Origin: Paraspadella gotoi | Taxonomy: Eukaryota; Animalia; Chaetognatha | Length of the DNA stretch: 64,000 bases | Assembly (NCBI GenBank): GCA_051294375.1 | Contig: CM119265.1 | Coordinates: 15,719,201-15,783,200 of the forward strand | Direction of reading: 5' to 3' | Shown: positions 38,237-52,720 of the stretch, piece after piece | Layout of the letters: every line of letters begins with the position of its first letter | How positions within the stretch are numbered: the first letter of the stretch is position 1 | Program-made: the position numbers and the translations under genes | Notes under the pieces: model-generated | What the model saw: only the letters and a program-made list of their open reading frames with translations | Told to the model about the DNA's origin: nothing | Database searches by the model: none

Positions 38237-41200
38237 GTAAGTTCCGATTCTAAACTCGCAAGTACAGCGACGAGGGTTGCGGAATTCACCCAGCGAAGAT
38301 GGGCTCGAAGGTGTCGCAATTTAACGAGGTTTGACTGTGCGCAATCGGGTATCTAATTTGATCCCATCTGTTGTGAAAAGCGTTTGCGTTCTGCGAAAAA
38401 CCAAGGATTTCTCTGGCGGATTGAAAAAAAAAAAGTTCATTCTTTTCCTCTTGTCCTTTTTTTACTGACTTTAAAAAAGAAAAGAAACGGTTCAAAAATT
38501 TAAAATTCTTTTTGTATCGCGATACCAGATTTCAATTTATCCCCAAAATACCCTGGAGACATTCTCGTCGTACGAGCTTTTTCATCGCGAGCTTAGGTTT
38601 TGTTTAAAAAAAACAACAAAAAAACCAGACCCTCGCTAAACGAAAGGCACACTCACGATACACCTACGGTCCAAGGCTAGTCTACACACTCCTTAAATCC
38701 CGGCGTCTCTAGCACGTTCGCACGCACTTGCGAAACTGGCGCACGAATCCCCGGGGACATTTTTTCGCGAATAAAAAAGCCATATTGATATTGATAAGGT
38801 TTATTTATAAAAATCGTCTCCCATTTCTTGTTTAACGACTACTGGCGGAATTTTATCACCGGAAGGAGTTTTATACTCGCCCCGGTTTTGGGAGGGGGAA
38901 GAAGGGTCGGTAAGTCATAAATAAAAAAGGGAATTGGTGTTTACTTTACCCAAGGATTATAACACAAAGAATTAACCTAATTCTAAACAATATTAAATAC
39001 TTTACGAGTTAATCATTCCATTCCGTGGTCACGAAACCCCGACGATCGACATTCGCCCCGCAAGGGGGACTCGTCATGTCGAAAGGGTGACGTTCGACGA
39101 GGAACGAAACTAAAATCGAAGCCCCTTTAAACCACACCCATTCTCCGACGCGGGGGCGTGACGGGTTCGACTTGCGTCAGATTCTGTTGTCAGTTTTCTC
39201 TTGACGTTTTCTATTTTCATTAATAACGATTATTTATAAAAAGGATTTCAAGATTCGATACAACGTTATATCGAGGAGAATATTATACTTTAGACTTAAC
39301 TAAGCATTAAAAAAAAACTATATTCGAAGAAAAACTCTTCTTTCTCGGCACGCTCCTTGACTCCTAATACTTTGATCTTATGAGAAGAAAATCAAAGTCA
39401 AAAGCTAAACAGTGAAACCGGCGGCCAAACAACTCCCATCCTTTATAAATTTTTTATGGACCTAATAAAATGAGAACCGGCTTTGTCATTATGAGGCGTA
39501 CAGGAAGCAAATGCATCCCGAAATGTGCGGTTATCATGTGTAATTATCGCTCTTCGAAATTAATTCACACCGAGACTCGAATCTTGGTCCGATTCGCGAG
39601 ATCGCGACAACAAAGAAACGAAGCGACTCGAAATCACTCTCTTCGACTTTGGACGAGGTCATCAGCGCCTCTGGTGAGACGCCCAATGAGTTTTTGAAGA
39701 CTCGACAACGAAGACGACGACGACAACCGAGTAGGCGCCCTTAATGCAAATTCTATGTAAAGAAACGAAGACTAAAAAAACGTTAGAGAGAAAGGGCTCC
39801 CGTCGTCGTCGTCGTGTACGGGTCTCTTTGGGGCGTCATTGTCGTCATCGGCGACTTTCATTGGCTGGAGTCGCCCTCAGGTCATGGATATCGGAAAAAT
39901 GTCAGGTGGAATCGACAGCCGAGTCATTCGTCGAATAACATTTTCGAGGGGGGTGTTGCATCGTCGTTTTCAATCGATGACTATGACGTGACTACTAACT
40001 TTCTTCATTTTTGCGTGAATGAGTCAAGACTTTTTTTTTTCCTAATCTTTCCTTCTCTCAACTTTTTCTTCTTTCAAAAAAAAAAAAAAACACAAAGAAA
40101 AAACACCCACATCGTTTTTTGAGCCCAATTCTTTCTTCCTTCTCTCCCACGAACTCTGACTCTCTCACTCTCTCCCTCTCATTATATTCACTTTCCGTTC
40201 CTCATAGATTAAGTAACCAGTTCGCCAGCTCACTCGCGATTATGTAACTCGCACGTATTTTTTTTCTTCGCGCGCGCAAAATTGTTCCCTTTTCCTCTGG
40301 CCAGAAAATCGAGGCTACTTTACTTTTCTGGCAACATTTTTCGGTCGAAGGCGCCGAGAAACGGCGAGGAAATGCCGGAAGGTGCCGGACGACAATCGGC
40401 TTATGGTCGTCACCTTTCGAGTTTAACCATAAGGTATACATAACATAACATTACATATGCTCGAAAGATGTATGACTGAATCTTCTATGTTTAATCATAT
40501 GTGTACGAACAATTAATAACGGCTCTCAACTGCAATAAACAACCTCATGAGTCTTGCAGTAAAACGAGCGTTTTCTCTTTTGAAGTGATTCGCTCTGTAA
40601 GAAAAAGGGAAAAATCACAATAAAGCTAAGATGAATTTGAGAAACAGATTCTATGAGAAAAAAAAATCATTTCTCGTTAAGAATATATCGAGAATGTCAT
40701 AATTATTTTTCGTTTCCAATCTTTCTCCACGATTTGTTATCAACGAGGAAGCAGCCTGTGGGTTCGTCTCGAAACTCGCAAAAAAAAAATATTAGTCATC
40801 GATTTAATCAATAATCTCGTGTTTATGCTAAATCCGTTTATTTTGAGTGGGGAACGAATGAAAAAAAAATAAGCATTAAATATCACGAAAAATGGCATAA
40901 ATTAATCGGGAACGCCCTCGATCTACAAACAAACGCTCTTGGCCGTCGGAATGTCAGCTGAACGAAATTGTGAAGGCGAGAGAAACCGAGTAATTTATTG
41001 AGATTCTGGCCGTGATTCGATACGATCCAACGCGGATCACTAGTGATTAAATCTGTGAAGAAGCGGGGAAAAAAAGGTGATATATGATTTAAAGTCTTAG
41101 TCAAATTTAAATATGGATCAGTAATTATTTTTTAAAGTTTGACTAATAGATAAAGAGAGAGAAAAAAAAGGAAAAAGTGAGTCGACGTTACCAGGAGAAA

Positions 41201-42181
41201 CCGATTCCGACCGATACGGTCATCTGATTCATTTCCGATATTCGCGCTAAAAATGAGCGAAAATGGAAAAAATGGGCAAAAAAATGACCGTAAAGAGCAA
41301 AAAGGGCGGAAGGGGTCCAGCCGGTTCGATCGAGCGGAAAATAAGATGGAGAACGAAAAGGAAAAGAGAGGAAAAAGAGAAAAGAAAAAAAAAAGAGTGA
41401 TACGAAGTATGGAGGAAAATATATGCGAGAGAAATGAGATCGGCAGATATTTAAAACGGAATGAGTTGGTTTCAGTTGACGAAAAAAACCGGGTAAGAAG
41501 TCGTGACTAATGAGGATAAAAAGAAAAGAACAAGATGGGTCCATCCAATGTGTTGCGCCACAGAGACTTTTTTTTTACGTGTATTTTCCTGTGATCGCTT
41601 GACTATATGACATGACATTTATGTATAACAAACGTCATCACGTACTGCATAGGAATTCCGTTTTTTATTTTTTTATAGTTTATATAAGATTTCTTTTAAA
41701 AACAAAAGGCGGCCCTAGCAGTCGCTTTGATTTGAGGTTTTTCCCTATCATAACAAATAAGCAACCAAGGGTAAGCGAATTTTGAGCTTTTTTAATATAA
41801 GTTGGACAGACCGACCGACCGCCTGACAGACCGAAAAGTGACTTACAGAGTCGCTTCGCGAGTACTCGCGGTGCAATAAAACCCAACCTAAGAAAGAAAT
41901 AGAAGTTTTCTCTTACCGCGCCGACAAATCAAAAAAAGTCGGAATCTTATTAAAATAATCACAGTTCGAATTTTTGTTTATGTCCTCGTTGTCTTGTCCT
42001 TGTCCTCTTAACCTCTTCATTTTCTTCATGTCCTTCTTTTCATTGTTTTCTTCATTTTGCTTCATTCTTCGACGCGACCTTTCTTCACTCCCGCCTCCAC
42101 TATTACGCCCGTTCCGAGACATGGAGTAATTCGCCTCGGACGGCAAAAAGATGGATTTCCGCCTCCGGCAATAAATCATAT

Positions 42182-42238
<57 letters not shown>

Positions 42239-42387
42239 TCTTCTCTCTCTCTCTTCTCTTTCTCTCTCTCCCTTCTCTCTCCTCTCTCTCTCTCCTCTCC
42301 ATCTCTTCTCTCTCTCTCTCCTCTCTCTTTCTCTCTCTCTCTCTCTTCTTCTCGCCTCTTCTCTTCTCTCTCCTCTCTCTTGTTTCT

Positions 42388-42419
<32 letters not shown>

Positions 42420-45386
42420 ACTCGCTCGCTCCTCTCCTCTCTCCTTCCCATCCTCTCTCTCGTCTTCTTCTAACTCCTCGCCGTCATATTAAAATCCCCT
42501 CCCCTTCTCTTCTCCTATCGAGGTCGCAAATTTATTTTTCTAAACCTGGTGGCGTCTCATATATTTCATGATCATCATCATCGTCTCCCCTCCTCTCTTA
42601 TTCGTCGTCATTGTCGTCGTCGTTTTCATCGTCGCGTTGACCATAAAAATCGCTTTCCTGATTTCAAACAAAAGACGTCTCTTCCACTCAGCGAGTCTGT
42701 CTACAGCGAAAATAAGATGTGCAGCTACGCACCCACCAGCGCAGCGCCAACCCCTTTTCGGACTCTCAAAGCCGTACCTATCGAGCGATCGATCAGAATT
42801 AAAACTAATGCACTACAACGCCATCTCTCTTTCACATAGCGGCTTTCTCTCAAACCATCCACATCCCCAACCGCCAACCGTCGCCAATGATGGTGTCGCA
42901 GCTGGCAAAGTTGGGCGTCGACTTCGTTAAGGCAGCTTTGATTTTTAGTCACAGAGAATTACATCCGGTTCAAGAACTGGAGACGGAGAAAAAACTCGCG
43001 GATTAGACTTCGATTGTGAGAGAGTCACAATGATGATTTGTCAAGTGATATGATCCTACTCGTGACCCGTGGACCCCGCTACAATCACTAAATATAAACG
43101 ATATTTTCACGAAAGCTATTTATCAATAACTGACAAGGCTCCCTCGAAGCCTTGCATGAATTTCAAATCAAATCACTACACCCATAGTCGAGGTGCTCCT
43201 CACACAAGCGAATCCTCGCACCCCAGGGAGCACCCACCCGAAAGAGGGTCCACCCACGCGCGAAGTCGGTTTTACAAATTCGGGGACATGTCTGAGATCA
43301 TCTTCATCCCGAGAAGGGAACTTCTTTTAAGAACTTTTTTTTCCCTAGTTTTCCTTTTTCCTTCTCCGTTTTTTTTTTTCTCTCTGGAGAATCTGCTGCT
43401 CCTCTCTCTCTGTCTCTCCTCTCCTCTTTCTCTCATCTCTCTCCTCTCTCTCTCTCCTCTCTCTCTCTCAGCTTCCTCTCTCCTCTACTCTCTCTCTCGT
43501 CCTCTCATCTCTCTGCTCTCTAAAATTCTAATATCTTTTTCTTCTTTTGAATTTCGTTCCTTCTCTTTTCGTTGATTCGATTCCTTTGTAATTCTGATGA
43601 TTATTTTTTTTAATAAATATCAAACGAATTCTACTATTGCTTGATTCCCTCCGAAGATGAGCAGTTAAAATATACTAATACTCTAAATGCTTTATATCTT
43701 GGTTTCATATTTTATGCAAAAAAGAGAACAGCGTTTCGCGCGAAGTATGTTTTACTAAATAACCATGTGAAAGTGGATAAAAAAGGGTAATTTCTCCGTC
43801 TTGCCATGAAAGTTGGAAAACGCCGCATCAAATTTTGCGAAACAGGCTAAGAGTTTTTTTTTTTTTTGTGCATAAGTTGCGATAAAGACTGATCGGGAGA
43901 GCGGAAATCCGCTCCCCCTCCCCCGAGCTCCCCCCCTTTGCCTTTCCACCTCATTCCGCGCCATTAATTAAAACAACATTTCTGCGGAGGTGCATAAGTA
44001 AGGGAGGGCCGGCGTATTTATAAGGTAAAGGTGGTTCGTCGGTGGTTAAGGTGAGAGTGATCAGGGTGGATGTCGGGGAAAGTTGGGTGTTGGTGTGCAT
44101 TGAGAATAAAAGAGAATCAAAATAAAAGGACGCAGTGAAATTATTCGCCGGTCGATGAACTCTCCATTTTTACTTTCGTCAGGCAAATGTCGACGACAAT
44201 AAAAGATGTCAACGTGGCTGATGATGATGATGATGATGATGATATGCATGATGAATGATGAATGATTATGATGTGATGATGATGTTATGATGATGATATC
44301 TCTCGGCGCTCGTCTCTAGCTGTCCTTTTCATACAATTGAAACATTCTTTGAAAATAGTTTCATCATGATAGGAGAGCCAAGTACTACTGAGTGAATAAA
44401 CGAGACTTGTGAGAGAGTCTTGATAGAAAGCTTGCAGGTCCATGCTATGTTATTATGGTTGTAATGATGGGAGCCTTAAACCACCAAAGCCGTCCAAAGT
44501 CAGGGCAAATAGCTTATTTATTAATGAAGGATAAATTTTATATTCATTGCACCCCGTCAGAACCGTATTAAGAGCACTTGCTCTCCCAAATACACACTAA
44601 TGAGAATGTCTAGGCGATAATGTCTGTGTCCAGTGAACTTCTTTTAAGCACAATGTGACAGAATACATTATAATATGCAGAGAAGAGCAAATGATTACGT
44701 AATTATTTAAATAAAGGCTATCACTTTGTATTTCACATAGACGATTGTAGTGACTCAAACGGAGGACGACGACGAACGACGACGAACGATCGAAGAGATA
44801 AAGACATTTGAGCTTGAAATGTTTTTTAAAGTTCGAAAAAGTCTATTCAAAAACCTTTTAAAAACAAGGCGCGACTGCGGCTTGTGTCACGTGAACCCAA
44901 ATAGAATGGAATCAGAGATCGTTTTGTTTTCCAACCTCGTTTTCGTTATCGTTTTGAATCTCCCGCGAGAAACGAGACGAGAGAGAGAAGAGAGAGAGAG
45001 AGGGAGAGAGAGAGAGAGAGAGAGAGAGACGAGAGGAGAGAGGAGAGAGAGAGAGAGAAGAGAACGAAAGAAGAGAGAGAGAGAGACGTTGGGGCGTGGC
45101 TGGCGTGTCGGAGACCGAGAGTAGAGAGAAACTCATTACGATGAGTAAAAGAGAAGTACTCGGTGATGATGGAAGCAACTTGACCCGGGGTTCGCAAGTG
45201 GGTCGCATTTTGGAGAAAAGGTTTATGGTGGAGGTGGGAGCGGGAGTGGGGGGGCGGGTGTTGTGAGGTGGAGTGGGGAAGCGGGTGGAGCGAGGTGGAG
45301 CGAGAGAGGGCGGAGTACGGGACTCGGAGATAACTGGCTGGAAGATGAGGACTCAAGGGGCTAGTAAGGGCGACGAAGAAGAGCAT

Positions 45387-46550
45387 ATGATGGAGTTAAG
45401 AAAGCTGAATGAGGTTAGTAAAAAAGGAAAGAAACAAACTCTCCAGCAAAACGCGACACTCTTCCCCATCGCTCTCGAGAGAGACGTGCGAGAATTCAAG
45501 AGTATCCGTTACCTCGTCCCTGCCCGCCCGGATTTCGTTCGTCCGTCGTCGGGTTGTTTTAGTCTTGTTATCCGATTCGTTGTCGTAATGTGTTTTTGTT
45601 TTTGTTAATGCCATCGTCCGAGGGGCCAAATCGTAAATTTCGCTCGCGCGCAGTCGTCGGTCGTCGTCATCATCATCATCATCTATCATCATCATCATCA
45701 TCATCATCTCAGTCGATCATCAGTCATCTATCCCATCATTCTTATCCATTAGTAGTTTTGGATAAACATCACGTAATGTCGTAATGTGTTTGCATGATGG
45801 AGTTAGCTGTGGGGTTAGTAAACAAAGGAAGAACAAACTCTCCAGCACGCGACTTTTCCTCCCCGAATCACCAAAAACCCAAAACTCATCGCCCTCAGAG
45901 AGAGACGTGGCGAGAATTCAAGAGTAAATCGTTACCCGGATTTCATTGTCGTCGTCGTGTCGTCGTTGTCCGTCGTCGTCAATGTCGTCGTTGTTTTAGT
46001 CTTGTTATCCCGATTCGTTTCATAATGTGTTTTTGTGTTTTGTTAATTCCGGCCATCGTCGAGGGCCAAATCGTAATTTCCCCATCCCGCAGTCGTCGTC
46101 GTCGTCAATCATCATCATCATCATCATGCATACATCATCATCATCATCATCATTATCTATCATCCCATCAAGTAAGTTGATAAACAACATCAACGTAATG
46201 TCGTATGTGTTCATATGATGAGTTAAGGGCTGATAGGTTTAAGTAAAAAAGGAAAGGAAACAAACTCTCCAGCGAACGCGACTTCCACCCATCAGCTCGA
46301 GAAGAAACGTGCGAGAATTCAAGAGTAAATCCGTTACCACGTATTTCGTCGTCGTCGTCCGTCGTCGTGTTTTAGTCTTGTTATCCGATTCGTTGTCGTA
46401 ATTGTTTGTTTATGTTATGCCATCGTCGAGGCAAATCATAATTTCCCGCATGAGTATCACGTCGTGCGTGTAGTCCTCATCTCAATCATCTATCATCATC
46501 ATCATCATCATGCATCATCATCAATGCAGTAGTTTGATTAAACACATCAA
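45387..46550. repeat. ~410-bp tandem repeat, about 3 units, each with (GTC)n and (ATC)n tracts
   Basis: Units start atgatg(g)agtta at ~45387, 45795, 46216 and share gcgagaattcaagagta and ttttagtcttgttatccgattcgtt; present again at 63327-63834. Confidence 0.9.
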
Positions 46551-46592
46551 ACGCCCTCCGCCGACCCTCAATCCTCTCCTCGCCTTTCCCAG

Positions 46593-49500
46593 GAAATCGA
46601 GCGCTGCAGCTTCAGACAGCCAAGTCTCCTCGGTCCGGTCTGTTCTTTCTTGAAAGACTGCGTGGGCGAAAGAACGTGCCCGACATGCTGCCCGGCTCCG
46701 CTATACGCGCCGTGCTCGAAACGGTCATGGCAGGTGTGCCAGCTGCTGAGCAAGTGGTTCATCAATCAGGAACAGGTAAATCTCTTTAAATCGTGGCTTT
46801 TTTTTGGGGGGGGGGGGGAAGTGATGGCTGGGGGGGAAGAATTAAGACCACTTTTTATTTGAAAACCAGACTAATCGTGATCAGTTTAATATAAAAAATT
46901 GAGTTTTAATTTTATTTTGGTAAGTGGTAGCAATTTTCTTATGTTTCTACTTACTCATAAATAAACAATCTTTTTTTCTCGCCAAACTAGTTCCCTGTGA
47001 TCTCCTCCCACAACAAAGTCTAACGCCATCTCCTTGCTCTCCTCATCCGGTGGCGACGCACGTGCTCCTCCACGGGTATCCAATCCGACTCCGCCCCGCC
47101 GCCCGACGTCTCCGACAGTCCCGGCCTCGCCGGCTGCCGCCCCGTCAACTCGTCTGGAGAGGTGGTGCAGGCTGGTCCAGGAGGCCGTCAAGGAAGCTGG
47201 TGCGCATCTCGGTGGAGAAAAAGCTGCAGGAGGGAGATTCCCGTCCTACGGAGGATCGAAGAAGCACGCGGCCTTTCGCGGGCGTCCGGCGGCGGCGGTC
47301 GCTGCGCTTGCAAGGCGTTGAGGACCGAAGGGTGAGTCCATGAGATGTTTTCGGGTTTATCAATGCTCATATAAAGACTTTTGTTTCCCTATAGTTTATT
47401 TAATAAATGATAAAGATGGTGTGGCCATTGGCCAAGTTCTGCTCTTCTGCGAATAACTCCCCACCCCTTCCACCCCCAAAATCCATTCAGAGCCGCACGT
47501 CGACGTCGTGATGACTCGCATGTCCTTGGGTCAACGAGAGATCGAGATCTAAGAACGGTGCCACGCCCTCTCGCTCTTCAACTGCGGAGGCGCGCCGCGG
47601 GTGTCCGGCGTCCACCGTGCCCCAGAACGTTGACGGCGTCCATAACAACGGCGTCGACGTCCGCGGTTCGCCGCTGGCCCGACGTACATCTCACACGTGA
47701 CGCGGTCGGAGGACAAACGCGGGCGAAGACGGGCGGACCGAACGTTGGCGAAGGTGACGGCACCGGCCGCCGCGCCGAAGGATCTTTGCGGCGAGGAAGG
47801 GCGCCGCGCGGACGTCAACCCGGTTCCGAACTTTCGAGCGCCAACAGTGTCAGCAGCCGCCGGAGCCGCCGAAGCCGCCCTTCATGCAAGCAGCGGAAAC
47901 TGCAAGGTAAGAATTAGTTTGTTTTTTTTTTTCCTTTTTAAAAAATATTTCTGTTTTTAGTTGTGATACAACTTTCAAAAGGTACCAATTTTAAAAATCA
48001 GGTTAACACTATAAAAAATTGGCCCATAAAAGCCACTGCTTTTTTTGTTCTCTCGTCTGCTCTCTCAAACTTTAAAAAAAAATTTTTCCTCCCCGATTTT
48101 TTTTCAGGTCGAACCCGAGTCCCCATTCACTTCGCCAAACCTCACCATCCCCGCATCACCCTCCAACCTCCCCCTCCTCTTCCTCCTTCTTCCCCTTCCC
48201 CCTTCCCTTCAATGCCACATCGCCCACCCCTCACCATCCTGCACTGGGTAAACATCGATGGAAGAGCGTCACCGTTTGGGGGTATTCGGCGGGGCATCCC
48301 GACCCTGTAGCCAGCCGTGCCCACGGCGCTCGGCAACGAGGCTCGGGCAGCCTACCCGGCACGGCGTGGTCCGGCCAGCCGGGCTTCGGTAGCCGGTAGT
48401 CGTGCCCCGGTCACGCCTATCGGTCGAACGGCTCGCCGAACGGAGCGTCCACGCAATCTCGCGACAACTGAGCCCGGCGGGAGGCGCTCTTGCTTCCCCC
48501 CAACAGAGAGCATCTGTTCGCAGGAACTGTCAGAACGCCGACGCACGCCGCCGACAACGATGGCGTCGATGCAAGGTAAGATACACTTTTGCGGGAACAT
48601 TCCTCATCTAATAATGACATTTAATTTACACGTTTATTATCAGATCTCGCAGATTCGCGTTCCCACTCCAACTGTCTCTCTCCCGCAGGACCTTCAACTA
48701 AGGTCAAAAACTCCCAACAGCAAACACATTTTCTTCGCAACCGCAACAGAACAGGCAAACCCCCCGTTTCCCTCAGCAACAACTCAAAAGCAACGGTGCC
48801 CGGCACGACTCAGGACCCCTGACGTGCTTCGGATTTGCAATCCTAACCACTGACGGTTCCGTCTCGTCCCAATCAGAGCTCGAAGCGGTGCCTGCTTACA
48901 AACCTCGGTTCAGCCGAATCACCCGCGTCGCTCGTTGCAGGCGGGACGTCGATTCCCCTCGTTTGGTCCAAGGAGAAAGAATTTTCCGCAAGTTCACTTT
49001 CCACGATTCGTCTGTCTTCGGCTTTACGGACATCACAATATATTAACGAACAACAACTTGCATATGCATTAGCGTGGACGATACCGCGTCGTCGAAGACA
49101 GAATGGAGAGGAGAGGGCCAATTGGGCTGAACGTCAGACACTGTGGATTGACCATGTCGAGCCTGTCGGGGCGGATGGCGCAGGCAGAGATGTGGGTGCC
49201 GGCGCAGGCGGGAGGGGATGGCAGCGGGTGGGGGGGCTCAAACTTCGGGGGGTGTCGCCACTTATGCTAAAAGATGGCAATCACGGTTACGACACCAGTC
49301 CGCCCAGTCTTCAGACGCGGAAGTCAGGCGCATCTACCTTTCGGCGCATTGGTCGGAGTGGCTCCAAGCGGCTGCCGACGCCGCATCAGGTCCGCCGATG
49401 AAATAGGCGGGAGGAGCGCGGTCCGGCCGTGGGATGCGCGATCGCCGCTTGAGCGTTTCGCCGTTGGAGCGTCGCCGTTGGAGCGGTCAGCCGGGTAAAC

Positions 49501-50692
49501 CCCGCGAGGACCGCACCGACCGCCCATTCCAAAGCAAACTCTGATAGGAAACAGAGGCAGCCCCTCGACCTACGACAAACGTCCCGACGACAATCGCCCA
49601 ATCTATCAACACCAGAGGTCGCTGGAAACGGTGCCGCTTACAACAACAACAACTGTAACGCAGAGCCCGACGTACGTCGTCGCCCGCCCGAATCTCGCGC
49701 GCTGGCTACGATGAGCGACGACGACGACGAACGATCGAATCGCTGGCGAACGATTTCGTCTGTCGAAGGCGTCTCATTCGTCAGAGGTGCGCCGAAGAGC
49801 GTCGACGGGCGCTCATTGACGCTGCCCGGGCACGCCGCATGTCCATGCGCTTGCGTCGGCGTGGTTGGCGGCGGAGCGACGCGGCGCTCCTTCCCGCCCG
49901 ACGCCCCACCCGGCCCCCGCACTTCCGTCTATTAGTCGTGCGTTCCAAACTTTTTCCTTCGAATCTCGCGCTTCGGAATCGGGCGTCAACATGTCCGACG
50001 CCTCCTCCGCCTCCTTTCAAAAGCCTTCAGTCGGACAACGTTGCTCGTCTTGGCCGCAGGTGAGGAGCGAAGGCTTCGAGGCGGTGGGAGGAAGTCGGGG
50101 TCGGGGTCGGTGCGGTTTGGCGCGTGAAATCTTTTGTAAATTGTGATTTTTGGAGAAGGCCGGGTGTGAAACACTTGAAACAAGATTGAGTCTTAAGAAC
50201 AAACTTTTTAAATCTTTGTCAAAAATTATTTATATTACAATCATATATAGCAGACCATAAAAAATAACAATACATCGAACTAAATGGCGACTATAATTTA
50301 TGATCATCTTTACAAAACGTTAAATAAGTTACATATAGCCAAGGCCGGATCATTGTCATTGGACCATCTGCAGTCGGGGACAAATCAGTCTAATGATTGG
50401 ATGAGTAGTATATTTTTTGGTTTATTGTTTTGTATTCAATTTTAAAAGCGAGTAACGCAAAAAAAGGAAATAAGTAAAATAGTATTATCTATCACTAACG
50501 ACCCCCAGGCTTCGCGCTTCAGTCGGTGTGCGTCGTTCGTCAACCGTGTTCGTGCTCCGCGCGACGTCTACATTTCGTCGTCGGTCGGACGCGTCGTCGG
50601 AAGCATCTGCAGATTCGTCGGGAATATCGTCGCTGCCCTCTGGAATCCAATCACAAACCGCAACAACTTTTGTCACGGACCAAACGGCATAG
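46593..50692 (+). CDS. Multi-exon GC-rich gene of unknown product, frameshifted (probably by sequence errors), 5' part missing
   Basis: GC-rich blocks bounded by AG/GT and separated by AT-rich introns: exon 46593-46775 (open, ends LLSKWFINQEQ|GTAAAT), donors at 47332, 47907, 48576, 50060; terminal exon 50509-50692 joins in phase 2 (..DNVARLGR-R-LRASVGVRRSST..FVTDQTA*). Confidence 0.6.
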
Positions 50693-51239
50693 TAAGATTC
50701 TGGTTTTTGTGAGATGTTGGAGAAACCACGTCTGTTATTTTTCACCAACATGACGATGACTCTTTTCAGAAGAGGCGTTCACTTATTATGAAAAAAAGGG
50801 AAACAAGAGGGAAAATGGTTTGCGAAACGAGAAACAAAAAAAAAACACATTTCCCTTTTTTTTTTTCCTTTATTCAAAAACCCGCTGAATCCAACGAGCG
50901 CTAAGTGGGCCCTGATGTGCAACATCTGAATAATGGGTGGCCCCCTGAATCGCCTTTTCTTCTCCACCACGACCCCCGATTCCTAGATGCTTCTGTGTCC
51001 TCCGCCTCCGCCCCTTTCCCCCCCCTGCGGCTCCGAACTCGGATAGTCCCTCTGGGATTGGTGGATTCTTTTTTTACTTTGGCCACGTTTCCTCTTCCTT
51101 CCTTCTGACTTCCCACGCTCTCCATTCTTTTTCTGTTGAGCTTGACATGTCATTTGTTTGCCCGTCTCATTTGTTGTTCTTTTGGTTTCGATCTCAAGTC
51201 GTTTTTTTTTTTTTNNNNNNNNNNNNNNNNNNNNNNNNN

Positions 51240-51986
51240 CTCTCTAAAATTCTAATATCTTTTTCTTCTTTTGAATTTCGTTTCCTTCTCTTTTCGCCTT
51301 TGATTCGGATTTCCTTTGATAATTTCTTGAATGATTATTTTTTTTTAATAAATATCAAAACGAATTCTACTATTGCTTGAGTTCCCCTCCGAAGGATGAG
51401 AGTTAAAATATTACGTATACTCTAAATGCTTTATATCTTGAGTTGTCGATATTTTTAATGACGAAAAAGAGAATGCAGCGTTTCGCGCAACTATGTTTAC
51501 TAAATAACCAATGTGAAAAGTAGAGTTAAAAAAGGGTGAATTTCTCGGATCCTGCACATGAAGTTGAAAACCCGCATCAAATTTGCGAAACAGGCTAAGA
51601 GTTTTTTTTTTTTTTTGTGCATAAGTTGGCGATAAAGACTGATTGCGGGAGGACGGGAAATTCCGCTCCCCCTCCCCGAGCCTCCCCCCCTTTCCTTTCC
51701 CCTCATTCCGCGCCATTGAATTAAAACAACATTTCTTCGGAGGTCGATATATGAAGGGGAGGGGCCGGCGTATTTATAAGGAAAGGTGGTGTTCTGGTGG
51801 TTAAGGTGAGGTGATCAGGGTGGATTGTCGTGGGGGAAAGGTTTGGTGGTTGTGGTGGCATATGAGATAAAGAAGAAATAAAAAAAAAAGGAGCGCAGTG
51901 AAAGTTCTCGCCGGTCGATGAACTCTCAGGTTTTGAGCTTTCGTCAGGCAAATGTCGACGACAGATTAAAGATGTCAACTGGGCTT

Positions 51987-52027
<41 letters not shown>

Positions 52028-52036
52028 TGATGATGA

Positions 52037-52074
<38 letters not shown>

Positions 52075-52720
52075 ATCCTCGCCTCGTCTCTTTACGGTCT
52101 TTTCATCACAATTGAAACATTCTTTGAAATATATTTCCACTTCATTGATAGGGAAGCCAAGTACTCTGGGAGTGAATAAACCGACTTGTGAGAGTCTTGA
52201 TAGAAAGCTTGCAGGGTCCTGCTATGTTATTATCTTGTAAGATGATGGAGGCCTTAAACCACCAAGCCTGTCCAAAGTCAGGGGCAAGATAGCTTATTTA
52301 TAAATGAATGGATAATTTTTATATTTCATTGCACCGTCGAACCGTATTAAGCACTGCTTCCGCAATACACACCGTAATGGAGAATGTCCAGCGCATAAGT
52401 TCTTTTCAGTACGAGACTTCTTTTTAAGCACAATGATGACAGAATAACATTAAGTATGCAGAGAAGACGCAAATTGATTTACGGACATTATTTAAATGAA
52501 AGGCATCACTTTGTATTTAACATAGACATTGTAGTGACTCAAACGACGAGGACGACGACGACGACGACGACGACGAAGACGATAAAGACGATAAAGAATT
52601 ATGACTTGAAATGTTTTTTAAAGTTCGAAGTCTATTCTAAAAAACCTTTAAAAACAAAGGCGCGACTGCGGCTTGTGTCACGTGACCAAATAGAAATGGA
52701 ATCAGAGATCGTTTTGTTTT
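51240..52720 (+). repeat. Third copy of a ~1.45-kb segment (also 43515-44930 and 61400-62875)
   Basis: Starts right after a 25-N gap with ctctctaaaattctaatat and ends at ggaatcagagatcgttttgtttt; nearly identical to the 61400 copy. Confidence 0.92.

Noticed and set aside
46593-46775. Cys-rich frame (C..C..CPTCC..C..C) as a second knottin
   Set aside because: Internal exon with no signal peptide or stop, spacing does not fit ICK, and the region is frameshift-prone
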